Below are positions 1-8,949 of a stretch of DNA of 64,000 bases, piece by piece. Both the position numbers and the translations under genes were made by a program. A model generated the notes under the pieces. That model was not told the origin of the DNA and did not search any database. It saw nothing but the letters and a program-made list of their open reading frames with translations. Source of the stretch: a bacterium (lineage in GTDB: Bacteria; UBP18; UBA7526); the NCBI GenBank assembly GCA_030615855.1, contig JAUWYL010000001.1:139008-203007 (forward strand), in the 5' to 3' direction. Each line of letters begins with the position of its first letter. Positions within the stretch are counted from its first letter, which is position 1.

Positions 1-149
1 GAAATTTGTTGCATTCATTGTCCGATCGGACACAAGTTGCAACATTTCTTTTAATTCCCTCTGTTCGTACTTAAATTTATCCGCAACAATCTGCGTTCAT
101 TATGCCCGGGCAGTATGCAATAAGAAAAAATCCGCGTCTAAAATTTTTC

Positions 150-178
150 TTGACATTACTAATTTTTAGTGCTTTAAT
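150..178 (+). promoter_or_regulatory. sigma70-like promoter (TTGACA-17-TTTAAT) upstream of the pdaD leader
   Basis: TTGACA at 150-155, 17-nt spacer, TTTAAT at 173-178. It is followed by a ~160-nt leader with nested inverted repeats. Confidence 0.45.
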
Positions 179-345
179 TATTCTGTAAAATTGATTCTTT
201 GACTTTTTTACTTTCCTACTTTCCTACTTTTTACCCCGTTAGAGATGATAGGCAGTTTAAACAGAGGTAACAGAAATGCTTTTAATAGGATAATCAGAAA
301 GAAGCATTTCCTATCTCTAACGGGGTTTACTTCTACTGGAGGTGG

Positions 346-984
346 GTGATGTATGTTCCAACCAAAGTATGCCTGACCAAGGGAGTGGGGAAGCATAAGG
401 AGAAACTGACCAGTTTCGAGCTTGCCCTGCGTAACGCTCAAATTGCAAAGTATAATATAGTAAATGTCTCGAGCATCATTCCTCCTGCCTGCCAGCTCAT
501 TCCCTTAGCAGAAGGACTGAAATATCTTGCTCCCGGACAGATCATCCACTGCGTAATGAGTAAGAACGCTACCAATGAGCCCCACCGTCTCATCGCTGCC
601 TCCATTGGGGTGGCCGTCCCCAAAGACCCTAACCAGTATGGCTATCTCTCAGAGCACCACTCTTGTGGAGAGACGGAACAGAAAGCCGGGGATTATGCCG
701 AAGATCTGGCGGCCTATATGCTGGCTACCATCTTAGGGGTAGAGTTTGAGATTGGGACGAGTTACGATGAGGAGAAGGAACTCTGGAAGATTAGTGGTCA
801 GACAGTGAAGACTACTAACATTACCCAGTCTGCTATTGGAGACAAGGATGGGCTCTGGACTACGGTCTTAACCGCTGCCATCCTCATTCCTCTGATGAAG
901 ATACCCGAGATAAAACCAGCAGAAGCAAAGGAGGAAGCCAAGATAGAAGTACCAGAGGTAAAGAAGGAGCCGGTAAAAGTTTGA
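346..984 (+). CDS. pdaD: pyruvoyl-dependent arginine decarboxylase with C-terminal hydrophobic/KE-rich extension
   Basis: N-terminal TKGVGKHKEKLTSFELAL and the NIVNVSSIIPP segment match the PdaD self-cleavage Ser-Ser region. It is translationally coupled to the agmatinase. Confidence 0.65.
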   Translation: MMYVPTKVCLTKGVGKHKEKLTSFELALRNAQIAKYNIVNVSSIIPPACQLIPLAEGLKYLAPGQIIHCVMSKNATNEPHRLIAASIGVAVPKDPNQYGYLSEHHSCGETEQKAGDYAEDLAAYMLATILGVEFEIGTSYDEEKELWKISGQTVKTTNITQSAIGDKDGLWTTVLTAAILIPLMKIPEIKPAEAKEEAKIEVPEVKKEPVKV

Positions 985-1871
985 CTTCTAATAACTTCGG
1001 AGATATCGAGAAGGAATTCTCTGATTTTGAAAAATCCAGAGTAATCATCCTTCCTGTTCCCTATGAAGCGACGACTACTTATCGGAAGGGGACAAAAAGA
1101 GGACCAAAAGCAATCATTAAAGCTTCTCAGAATATGGAACTCTATGATGAGGAGACAGATTCTGAACCCTATAAGATAGGTATTCATACCCTAAAAGAAT
1201 TTAAAGAAGGTTTTGATAATCCCCAAAAGATGATCAAGGCCCTGGCAGATAGAGTCCAGGGCCTTTTTTCTTCGGAGAAATTGGTCATCGCTTTAGGTGG
1301 AGAGCACACTATTGCCTTGGGAATGGTAGCGGGCTTAAGGAGAGAAGAAAGGAATTTCTCTCTCCTTATCTTAGATGCCCATGCTGACTTAAGGGATTCC
1401 TATGAGGAAACGAAGTATTCCCATGCCTGTGTGGCGCGGAGGCTAATAGAAGAAAACAGAATTTTTCAGGTGGGAATAAGAAGCCTCTGCCAGGAAGAAG
1501 CGGACTTTATCAAAAAGAAGAATTTGAAACTCTTCTATGCCAAGAATATTGTGGGCAGGGAAGACTGGATGAAAAAAGTCATCTCCCGCCTTTCGAACAA
1601 GATATATCTTTCTATTGATTTAGACTTCTTAGACCCTTCCATTATGCCTGCTGTAGGGACCCCGGAACCTGGCGGCCTAGGATGGTATGAAACCCTAAAG
1701 TTCCTGCGCTTATTAACAAAAGAGAAGGAAATCCTAGGCATTGATGTCGTAGAACTCTGCCCTACCCCTCTTGACATATCCGTGCCCATCCGTGTTTCTA
1801 ATTCGTGCCCATCCGTGTTTACTGCTGCAAAACTCATCTACAAACTCATCGCCTACCTCACCACTATCTAA
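981..1871 (+). CDS. speB: agmatinase (arginase/ureohydrolase family)
   Basis: Motifs GGEHTIALG, LDAHADLRDSYE and SIDLDFLDPSIMPAVGTPEPGGL are typical Mn-binding ureohydrolase signatures. The C-terminus reads into a short tandem repeat. Confidence 0.8.
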   Translation: MTSNNFGDIEKEFSDFEKSRVIILPVPYEATTTYRKGTKRGPKAIIKASQNMELYDEETDSEPYKIGIHTLKEFKEGFDNPQKMIKALADRVQGLFSSEKLVIALGGEHTIALGMVAGLRREERNFSLLILDAHADLRDSYEETKYSHACVARRLIEENRIFQVGIRSLCQEEADFIKKKNLKLFYAKNIVGREDWMKKVISRLSNKIYLSIDLDFLDPSIMPAVGTPEPGGLGWYETLKFLRLLTKEKEILGIDVVELCPTPLDISVPIRVSNSCPSVFTAAKLIYKLIAYLTTI

Positions 1872-1984
1872 CCTCAGCACATCTAAAACATTCCAAGAAA
1901 ATTCCGTTTTTATAACATTCCTCCTCGATTGGACCTTTCGCGCGAATGGGCGAACAGTTAAAGTAATACTTAACCCTGACTGTC

Positions 1985-2115
1985 TTCGTATCTTCGAAGA
2001 TTGGAAGACGAAAGTAAAAGGTTCGAGGCGCAACTCTTTCTTTGCCCCGGTTTATTTAGAACCTCCTTTCTTTATTTTTTTCTCTTTCTATTTTCAAATT
2101 CTTAAGAATTTGGAA
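1985..2115. repeat. dispersed ~125-nt intergenic repeat, copy 1 (second copy at 7291-7410)
   Basis: cttcgaagattggaagaYgaaagtaaaaggttcgagNcgcaac...aaattcttaag is shared between the two loci. Confidence 0.7.
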
Positions 2116-2365
2116 ATATACAACAAAGTGTCTATTAAACCTATAGTAGGCATTCGCTCGGCTAAAGACCCGCAAAGGTCTTTAGTAGATGAGCAGAGCG
2201 AAGCGCTCATCGCCATGCGAAAGTGAAAAGTCGGAAGAAATTGGCAACGATTTTTTGTTTGCATCCTGATGAAATCAAAATTTGTTTGTTTTTCGGCTCT
2301 GAATGTGGTAAAATTACTTGTGGAGGTGCGGGAATGAACCCCGCACCTTTAGACAGGGGTAAGAA

Positions 2366-3862
2366 ATGAATATAAAAAGGTGCGGGATAAAGAAGGCTTT
2401 GATTTTGGCCACACTTTCCATAACTCTTTTGGGTTCAGTTCTTCATGCTCGAGTTCAAAAGACCCAGGATACACCAAAGAAAGAGATCAGAAGACCAGCG
2501 GTAGCTGGAGCCTTCTATCCCGGGAATAGACTCTTTCTTCAGAGACAGGTGGATGGATTCTTGGCAAAGGCAAAGAAGGTAGAGTTAGCAGGGGAGTTAA
2601 TTGCTTTAATCTCTCCTCACGCTGGCTACATCTATTCCGGACCGGTAGCCGCCTATTCCTATAAACAGTTAAAAAGAGAAGATTTTGATACCGTGATCTT
2701 GATTGGTCCCAGCCATCGTGTTGGTTTTGCTGGGGCTTCTATTTATAATCAGGGCCCTTATCAAACGCCCTTGGGCTTGGTAGAAGTTGATTCTGATTTA
2801 GCAAATAAAATTATTGCTCAAGATAAGAACATTAGGTATATCCCTCAAGCGCATATCAGGGAACACTCCTTAGAGGTTCAACTGCCCTTTTTGCAGAGGA
2901 CATTGAAGGATTTTAAAATCATTCCCATTCTCGTTTCTGATTCCTCTTTAAAGAACTGTCAGACTTTGGCAGACGCTATTTTTAAGAGTATAGAAGGAAA
3001 GAAGGTCTTAATCATTGCCAGTACCGACCTATCCCATTACCATCCTTATAAGGAAGCCTGCCGGCTGGATAAGATAACCTTAGATGCTATCATGACCTTG
3101 AATCCAGAGGAGGTGGCTAAGAAGGGCGATATGTGTGGCAAGGCAGCGGTCTTAACCACCATCATGCTTGCTAAGAAATTGGAAGCAGATAAAGTAATTA
3201 TTTTAAAGTATGCCAATAGCGGAGATACCGCTGGGCCAAAGGATGGAGTGGTGGGTTATGGCGCGGTTGCCATTGTAAAGAAAGGAGAAAAAAAGATGAA
3301 GGGAGTCTATTTTAAAGAAGAGAGAGAAGAGTTATTAAAGATTGCCCGGGATTCTATTAAAAGTTTTCTTACTACCAGAAAGCCGCCCAGGATAGAGACC
3401 GAGAACCCGAAACTAAAGCAGAAGCGTGGAGCCTTCGTTACCCTGAGAAGGGGAGAGGTCTTGAGGGGCTGCATCGGTTTCATCGAACCCCTCTTCCCCC
3501 TTTATCACGCGATAAGCGAGTGCGCCATATCTGCGGCCACTAAGGATATCAGATTCCCGCCAGTAACTGTAGGGGAATTACCCAAGATCACTATTGAAAT
3601 CTCCGTTTTATCTCCAACAAAGAGAGTGGCCACTGTCGATGAGATTAAGATGGGGGTTCATGGGGTAGTGGTAAAGAAGGGATTAAATCAAGGGATATTC
3701 TTGCCTCAGGTGGCAACTGAGACTGGCTGGAGCAGGGAAGAATTCTTAAGCCACTTATGCAGCGGGAAGGCCGGGCTTCCTCCCGATGCTTGGAAAAATG
3801 AGGATATTGAAATCTATATCTTTACTGTAGAGAAATTTGAAGACGCGAATATCCGCGAATAA
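2366..3862 (+). CDS. AmmeMemoRadiSam system protein B (Memo-like) fused to an AMMECR1 domain, with N-terminal signal-peptide-like segment
   Basis: N-terminal half AGAFYPG...ISPHAGYIYSG...STDLSHYH is Memo-like. C-terminal half RGAFVTLRRGEVLRGCIGF is AMMECR1-like. A hydrophobic N-terminus precedes both. Confidence 0.65.
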   Translation: MNIKRCGIKKALILATLSITLLGSVLHARVQKTQDTPKKEIRRPAVAGAFYPGNRLFLQRQVDGFLAKAKKVELAGELIALISPHAGYIYSGPVAAYSYKQLKREDFDTVILIGPSHRVGFAGASIYNQGPYQTPLGLVEVDSDLANKIIAQDKNIRYIPQAHIREHSLEVQLPFLQRTLKDFKIIPILVSDSSLKNCQTLADAIFKSIEGKKVLIIASTDLSHYHPYKEACRLDKITLDAIMTLNPEEVAKKGDMCGKAAVLTTIMLAKKLEADKVIILKYANSGDTAGPKDGVVGYGAVAIVKKGEKKMKGVYFKEEREELLKIARDSIKSFLTTRKPPRIETENPKLKQKRGAFVTLRRGEVLRGCIGFIEPLFPLYHAISECAISAATKDIRFPPVTVGELPKITIEISVLSPTKRVATVDEIKMGVHGVVVKKGLNQGIFLPQVATETGWSREEFLSHLCSGKAGLPPDAWKNEDIEIYIFTVEKFEDANIRE

Positions 3863-3938
3863 TAATTGCATTTTTAATCTGTGATCTGTGAGGATCTGTA
3901 GTAAATCTGTGATTATCTGTGTATAAAAGGAGGCGGAG

Positions 3939-4268
3939 ATGGCTGAAGAGGAGAAGAAGGAAGAATTGAATTATCAGTTTGTGAGCCTCATCTTTTCCCT
4001 CCAACAAGCGGCCATGGCCCAAATGGGCAAGATAGCCAATCCGGCTACGGGCAAGATGGAGAAGAATCTCGTCCAGGCAAAGGCCACCATAGACATGCTT
4101 GAGATGCTGAAAGAGAAGAGTGAAAGCAACCTCACTGATACTGAGCAGAAAATAATATTAAATACCCTGGACAATCTCTATCTTAACTATGCCGATGAAG
4201 TGGAGAAGGAGGGCAAGAAAGAAGAGAAGCCCAAGGAAGAAAAGGAGAAAGGAGGTGAGAAGAAATGA
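3939..4268 (+). CDS. small acidic protein, DUF1844-like
   Basis: FVSLIFSLQQAAMAQMG core resembles DUF1844. The C-terminus is KE-rich. Confidence 0.4.
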   Translation: MAEEEKKEELNYQFVSLIFSLQQAAMAQMGKIANPATGKMEKNLVQAKATIDMLEMLKEKSESNLTDTEQKIILNTLDNLYLNYADEVEKEGKKEEKPKEEKEKGGEKK

Positions 4269-5038
4269 GACTAAGAATAGTCACTGCCTTGGTTTTGATT
4301 TCAGCCCTGGCTTTTATTCCCACCATAGCGAAGGCCCAGACCTCTGAGAGTAATGAAGAGGAACAGACTATCTCTGTAACCAGTGAAGGAAAGGTCAAGG
4401 TGACTCCAGACGTTGCCTATCTCCTGTTAGGGGTAAAAACCCAGGCCCTCTCTGTTCAAGAAGCCTTAAAAGAAAACAACCGCGTCATGACCTTGGTAAC
4501 AAAGGAGTTAAAAGCGAAAGGGATTAAGAATGAGAACATAAGAGTAATCGGACCAGTAATGAGCCGAGCAGGAAGGATTTATTTCCAAAGGGAGGCCCCT
4601 ACTGGATTTGAAGTATCTAAGAAGATCATCGTTACCTTGGATAAGATTGGCTCTGATCCGGATAAGATGGGAGAGAGGGTAGCGGAGATCATCGATGGAG
4701 CAACCAAAGCCGGAGCCAATATCTGGGGGAAAGAAAAAGGATATGATCCCAGGGAAAGGCCCTGTGTTCTCTTCTCTGTCAAGGAAGTAGAGAAATATAG
4801 GGAGCAGGCTTTAGAAAAGGCCCTTGCCGAAGCCCGACCTCAAGCAGAGAAGATTGCAGCCACCAAGGGATTGAAAATTAAGAAGATAAAGTCCATATCC
4901 AAGTGGAAACATGCCTCAGGACCTGATAGCTGGTGGGAAAGAGGATATGGAAAGGACTTACCTGAGGGACCGAAGGTTAATGCTCTGAAAGATATTGAGA
5001 TCTCTGTCTCCATCAGGGTGAGTTATACTGTGGAGTGA
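4265..5038 (+). CDS. SIMPL/DUF541 family secreted protein
   Basis: Signal peptide plus ISVTSEGKVKVTPDVAYLLLGV, the hallmark of SIMPL/BP26-like proteins. Confidence 0.65.
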   Translation: MRLRIVTALVLISALAFIPTIAKAQTSESNEEEQTISVTSEGKVKVTPDVAYLLLGVKTQALSVQEALKENNRVMTLVTKELKAKGIKNENIRVIGPVMSRAGRIYFQREAPTGFEVSKKIIVTLDKIGSDPDKMGERVAEIIDGATKAGANIWGKEKGYDPRERPCVLFSVKEVEKYREQALEKALAEARPQAEKIAATKGLKIKKIKSISKWKHASGPDSWWERGYGKDLPEGPKVNALKDIEISVSIRVSYTVE

Positions 5039-5084
5039 GCGATAGGGGGCCAGGGAATTTCCTGGCCCCTTCCAAAGTAAGAAG

Positions 5085-5819
5085 ATGAAAATAAAGATCG
5101 GTTTCGCATTTTTATTACTAATGGTGTCTTCTTTATCCCTTCTTGCTCAGGAGAAAACCATCTCCGTCATTGGTGAAGGAAGCATTAAAGTAAAGCCAGA
5201 TGTTGCCTATCTTCTCTTGGGAGTGGAGAATCAGAACTCCTCTGCCCAAGATGCTTTAAGAGAGAATAGGGCTATAGTTGAGAGGGTAATAAGGAGATTG
5301 GGCGAAGCTGGAGTTCGGCAGGAGTCTATTGTTATCCATAATCACACCCTTTCTCCCTTCTTCAAGTTCCAGTATTTTCCGCCCAAGATATCCTTAGCCG
5401 GTTTCCAAACCTTTAGAAGAATAGTGATAACCTTAGATGGGTTCGAAGGGACAGAGAGATATATTGACATTGCTACTAAAGCCGGTGCCAATGTCTGGGG
5501 AAGGAAAGGGCTCTCCAGTTTCATCTTGGAAGGAGAGAATACCTGCATCCTCTATTCTGTAAAGGATTACAAGAGATACGAATCCCAAGCATTGAAAAAG
5601 GCCCTAAAAGAGGCAAGGAAGAAGGCAGAAGAAATTGCAGTTAGTTCAGGGAAGAAGATAAAAGGAATGAAATCCTTCTCTGAAGAGACCTATGAATGGA
5701 GATCCGTTGACCTCTGGCTAAAGAAGTTCGAAGAAGGACTTCCTTCCGGGCCGAAGGTGGCAAACCTGAGAGATATTGAAATCTTAGTCACTGTAAGAGC
5801 CACCTATACTCTCGAGTAA
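5085..5819 (+). CDS. SIMPL/DUF541 family secreted protein (paralog)
   Basis: Signal peptide plus ISVIGEGSIKVKPDVAYLLLGV. It is a tandem paralog of the preceding gene. Confidence 0.65.
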   Translation: MKIKIGFAFLLLMVSSLSLLAQEKTISVIGEGSIKVKPDVAYLLLGVENQNSSAQDALRENRAIVERVIRRLGEAGVRQESIVIHNHTLSPFFKFQYFPPKISLAGFQTFRRIVITLDGFEGTERYIDIATKAGANVWGRKGLSSFILEGENTCILYSVKDYKRYESQALKKALKEARKKAEEIAVSSGKKIKGMKSFSEETYEWRSVDLWLKKFEEGLPSGPKVANLRDIEILVTVRATYTLE

Positions 5820-5826
5820 ATTAATT

Positions 5827-6975
5827 ATGAGATTGGATAGAAGAATAGCAAGGACCTTGGGAGCAACCCTCCTCCTTGCTTTTTTTATCATTATAGGAGC
5901 ACTTATCATGAATACTAGAAAACCACACAACCCCAGAACTGGTGCTACGCCCAAGAAAGGGGAGGTTAGACTCCATCCTGCGATGTACTGGGAGAAGTTA
6001 CCAGGGAAGAGAGTCAGGTGTAACCTATGTTTCAGGAAGTGCGTAACCAGGGATGGGGAGATCGGCTTCTGTAGGAACAAGATAAATAAGAATGGAGAAT
6101 ACTATACCCTGGTCTATGCCATCCCCTGTGCCGTCCAGATAGACCCCATTGAGAAGGAACCCCAGCATCATATGCTTGCCGGAAGCAGGATATTATGTAT
6201 TGGAACCGCCAGCTGTAACTTCAGATGTAAGTTCTGCCACAACTGGCATATGTCCCAGAGGAATATCTACCAAACATTAAACTATGACCTTCCACCAGAG
6301 AAAATTGTGGAACTGGCCATTGAGAATAAATGTCCCACCATCTCCTTTACCTATAACGAGCCCACCGTATTCTATGAGTATATGCTCGACATCGCAAAAC
6401 TTGCTCAGAAGAAAGGAATAAAGATACTCTTCCACTCCAATGGCTCCATGTCTCCCGGACCATTAAGAGAACTTCTGAAATATAGCGATGCGGTGACCAT
6501 CGACCTCAAGGGATTTACCAATAAATTTTATAGCGAGGCCTCATCAGCTAAACTGGAGCCGGTTCTTGAGACCCTAAAAATTATTAAGGAAGAGGGGAAG
6601 TGGCTTGAGGTCGTGAATCTCATCATTCCTACTCTGAATGATAATCCCAGAGATATCAGAAGGATGTGTGAATGGATAAAAGAGAACCTAGGGGATGGGG
6701 TTCCCATCCACTTCAACAGGTTCTCCCCTTCCTATAAACTGCAGAACCTTCCCCCCACGCCAATAAAGACCTTAGAAGGAGCAAGAGATATTGCTAAAGA
6801 GGTGGGCATAAAGTATATCTATATCGGGAACGTCCCGGGACACGAAGGGAACTCCACCTACTGCCCAAAATGCAAGAAGAGATTGGTGAGAAGGATCCAC
6901 TTCGCCATCTTAGAGAATAAGATAAAAGAGGGAAGATGCTCCTTCTGCGGAGAAAAGATCCCTGGCCTTTGGTAA
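5827..6975 (+). CDS. AmmeMemoRadiSam system radical SAM enzyme (PFL-activase-like); start possibly at internal Met
   Basis: CNFRCKFCHNW CxxxCxxC cluster and the upstream CNLCFRKC...GFC motif. The longest ORF adds a hydrophobic N-terminal segment. An internal AGGAG-ATG at MNTRKPH is an alternative start. Confidence 0.7.
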   Translation: MRLDRRIARTLGATLLLAFFIIIGALIMNTRKPHNPRTGATPKKGEVRLHPAMYWEKLPGKRVRCNLCFRKCVTRDGEIGFCRNKINKNGEYYTLVYAIPCAVQIDPIEKEPQHHMLAGSRILCIGTASCNFRCKFCHNWHMSQRNIYQTLNYDLPPEKIVELAIENKCPTISFTYNEPTVFYEYMLDIAKLAQKKGIKILFHSNGSMSPGPLRELLKYSDAVTIDLKGFTNKFYSEASSAKLEPVLETLKIIKEEGKWLEVVNLIIPTLNDNPRDIRRMCEWIKENLGDGVPIHFNRFSPSYKLQNLPPTPIKTLEGARDIAKEVGIKYIYIGNVPGHEGNSTYCPKCKKRLVRRIHFAILENKIKEGRCSFCGEKIPGLW

Positions 6976-7290
6976 AACGCAGATACTCAACGTATTTCAT
7001 TTGCCTTGAGGAATAGTCGCAGATATTGACGCAGACTGCCGCAGATATTTGAGACAGACGGGCACTAGTCAGTTTGGCGAAAATCTACATAGTTTTCCCT
7101 TCTCTTTCGTTTTTAAATTCCCGCCTTTTTGTCTAATTCCTTTGTTTCCCATTAAACCATTCGCGCGCCATGCCAGAGGCAGGTCCGCCAAACTAACGGC
7201 GGACAGGCGCCTTTTGAGCCAGAGGCTCATCCGCCTCAGGCGGAGGCGGAAATGGGCAAGTGTTCGAAGTAACGCTTAACTCTAACTATC

Positions 7291-7410
7291 TTTGAATCTT
7301 CGAAGATTGGAAGATGAAAGTAAAAGGTTCGAGTCGCAACTTCTTTTCTCACCAACCTGTTTAGAACCTTCTTTCTTTATTTCCCCCATATTTTTAAATT
7401 CTTAAGCCCC
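7291..7410. repeat. dispersed ~125-nt intergenic repeat, copy 2
   Basis: Near-identical to 1985-2115. Confidence 0.7.
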
Positions 7411-7463
7411 GAAGGAGAACAGAGTTCCCTTCGGGGTAAAAATTTGGAAACATCAAAAATCAC

Positions 7464-7492
7464 TTGACAGATTCCAAAATATAGGATATAAT
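7464..7492 (+). promoter_or_regulatory. sigma70-like promoter TTGACA-17-TATAAT
   Basis: TTGACA at 7464-7469 and TATAAT at 7487-7492. It sits ~40 nt upstream of the AbiEii-like gene. Confidence 0.55.
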
Positions 7493-7532
7493 CTATATTG
7501 ACTATAGTTTTTAAACTATAAAGGGGTAAAAG

Positions 7533-8243
7533 ATGGATGTGAAAATTCGTGAGGCACAGTTAAAAATATTAAAGATATTTTCTCATCTTTCTAAAAGTTT
7601 TGCCTTATCGGGCGGCTCAGCATTAGAACTCTACTATTTGAAGCACAGATTTTCCCGCGACCTGGACTTTTTTTCACCAAGATACGATTTGGAAGAAATA
7701 AAAAACCTGATTTCGGCATTCAGTAAAGGTATTGGAAAATCCATAGAATTGGAGAATGAATTTATTGCCAACAATCGGGCAAGAGTCCAATTCTACGTTG
7801 CACCAATTAAAGGCTCTAGATTCCCATTAAAAATTGATTTTATTGAAGATGTATTTTTCACCAAGCCAACTATTAGAAAATTTAAGAGCATTCCGGTATA
7901 TGATGTAAAGCATATCTATTTCCAAAAGATAGTTACTATTACTGGAACGCAACTTATAAAAGATAGCACTGGCCGGGAAGTGACTACTGGGAGAAGGGAA
8001 GTGCGGGATATGGTTGATATTTATTATCTTTCCCAAAAGGTAAAACCGCTGCATAGATTTTTGAGGACGCTTTCTAAGGAGCAACAGAGAGGGATGGTTC
8101 AGTGGTACCGCAGTTTTTCCCGGCAGGAATTCAAATTAGGATTTTTAGACCTGGATATTTATGATAAAAAATTGGATGCTTCAAAGGCAATTATCTATCT
8201 GGAAGACGAGATAAAGAAATTCGTAAGCGAGGTAGTGAAGTGA
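7533..8243 (+). CDS. AbiEii/AbiGii-type nucleotidyltransferase (type IV toxin-like)
   Basis: ALSGGSALELYYLKHRFSRDLDFFSP matches the GGTAL...HR.S.DLDF signature of the AbiEii NTase family. Confidence 0.55.
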   Translation: MDVKIREAQLKILKIFSHLSKSFALSGGSALELYYLKHRFSRDLDFFSPRYDLEEIKNLISAFSKGIGKSIELENEFIANNRARVQFYVAPIKGSRFPLKIDFIEDVFFTKPTIRKFKSIPVYDVKHIYFQKIVTITGTQLIKDSTGREVTTGRREVRDMVDIYYLSQKVKPLHRFLRTLSKEQQRGMVQWYRSFSRQEFKLGFLDLDIYDKKLDASKAIIYLEDEIKKFVSEVVK

Positions 8244-8746
8244 ACCTAAAAAAATATTACTGGGGATTAAGCGAGAAAGCCATTAAAGAGACCGAAGAAA
8301 TAATCAGAAATCCCCAACATCCCAAATTTCTCTCACGGATTTTTACCTTACTTTCCAGGTGCGACAAGCCGGAGGAATTATTTTCCCTGATAAGCAGAAA
8401 ACAATTTATAGAGGTATGGCCTAAAGTGCGGCGATACTGGATAAAAAGGTCTCAGGCAAAGGATTTTCGTTCCTGGTGGGAAACCATTTATGAGCAGCTT
8501 CTGGAAGAAGTTAAAGGGAGAAAGAGACCGAAAGGCGAACCAATGAAGATTTTTAAACATACTGGGGAAGTAATCAAAAAAGCAAGGATTGAAAAAGGTT
8601 GGAGTCAATCCGACTTTGCCCGAAGGGTGGGCATGAAACAGCCGGATATTTCAGCAATAGAGAAGGGTAAGAAAAATATTACTTTGGAAACCCTGGCTCG
8701 ATTATGTAAGATATTGGACATCAAAAATATACCAGTAAAGGAATAA
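8240..8746 (+). CDS. protein with C-terminal XRE-type HTH (putative partner of the NTase)
   Basis: 4-nt overlap with the upstream gene. C-terminal KGWSQSDFARRVGMKQPDISAIEKGKKNITLETLARLCKIL is a Cro/C1-type HTH. Confidence 0.5.
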   Translation: MNLKKYYWGLSEKAIKETEEIIRNPQHPKFLSRIFTLLSRCDKPEELFSLISRKQFIEVWPKVRRYWIKRSQAKDFRSWWETIYEQLLEEVKGRKRPKGEPMKIFKHTGEVIKKARIEKGWSQSDFARRVGMKQPDISAIEKGKKNITLETLARLCKILDIKNIPVKE

Positions 8747-8818
8747 AACTTTACCCGCCTGCCCTTATTTTTGAGCGTTAGCGAAAAAAGAGACAACTTG
8801 CTTGGCTCATTTTTAAAT

Positions 8819-8841
8819 GCCCGCCTCTTCGGCGGGTTTTT
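8819..8841 (+). terminator. intrinsic terminator (GCCCGCC-loop-GGCGGG-TTTTT) within a dispersed repeat
   Basis: GC hairpin followed by a T-run. The same module occurs at 22688-22730. Confidence 0.6.
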
Positions 8842-8949
8842 GCTTACAGCAAAAAACATAAGAATTTGGAAACAGTGGTAATGGGCTTGTTATACCTATA
8901 ATAAGCATTCGCGCGAATGCGAAAGTGAAAAGTTGGAAGAAATTGAGGG

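Noticed and set aside
1985-2050. GGTTCGAGG motif inside the dispersed repeat considered as a tRNA T-arm or tRNA-derived element
   Set aside because: No acceptor, D or anticodon arm can be folded. The motif is part of a palindromic repeat present in two copies.
7049-7279. 76-aa ORF in the 6975-7530 spacer
   Set aside because: Lies within repeat-rich intergenic DNA. Arg-rich translation with no RBS. Likely spurious.
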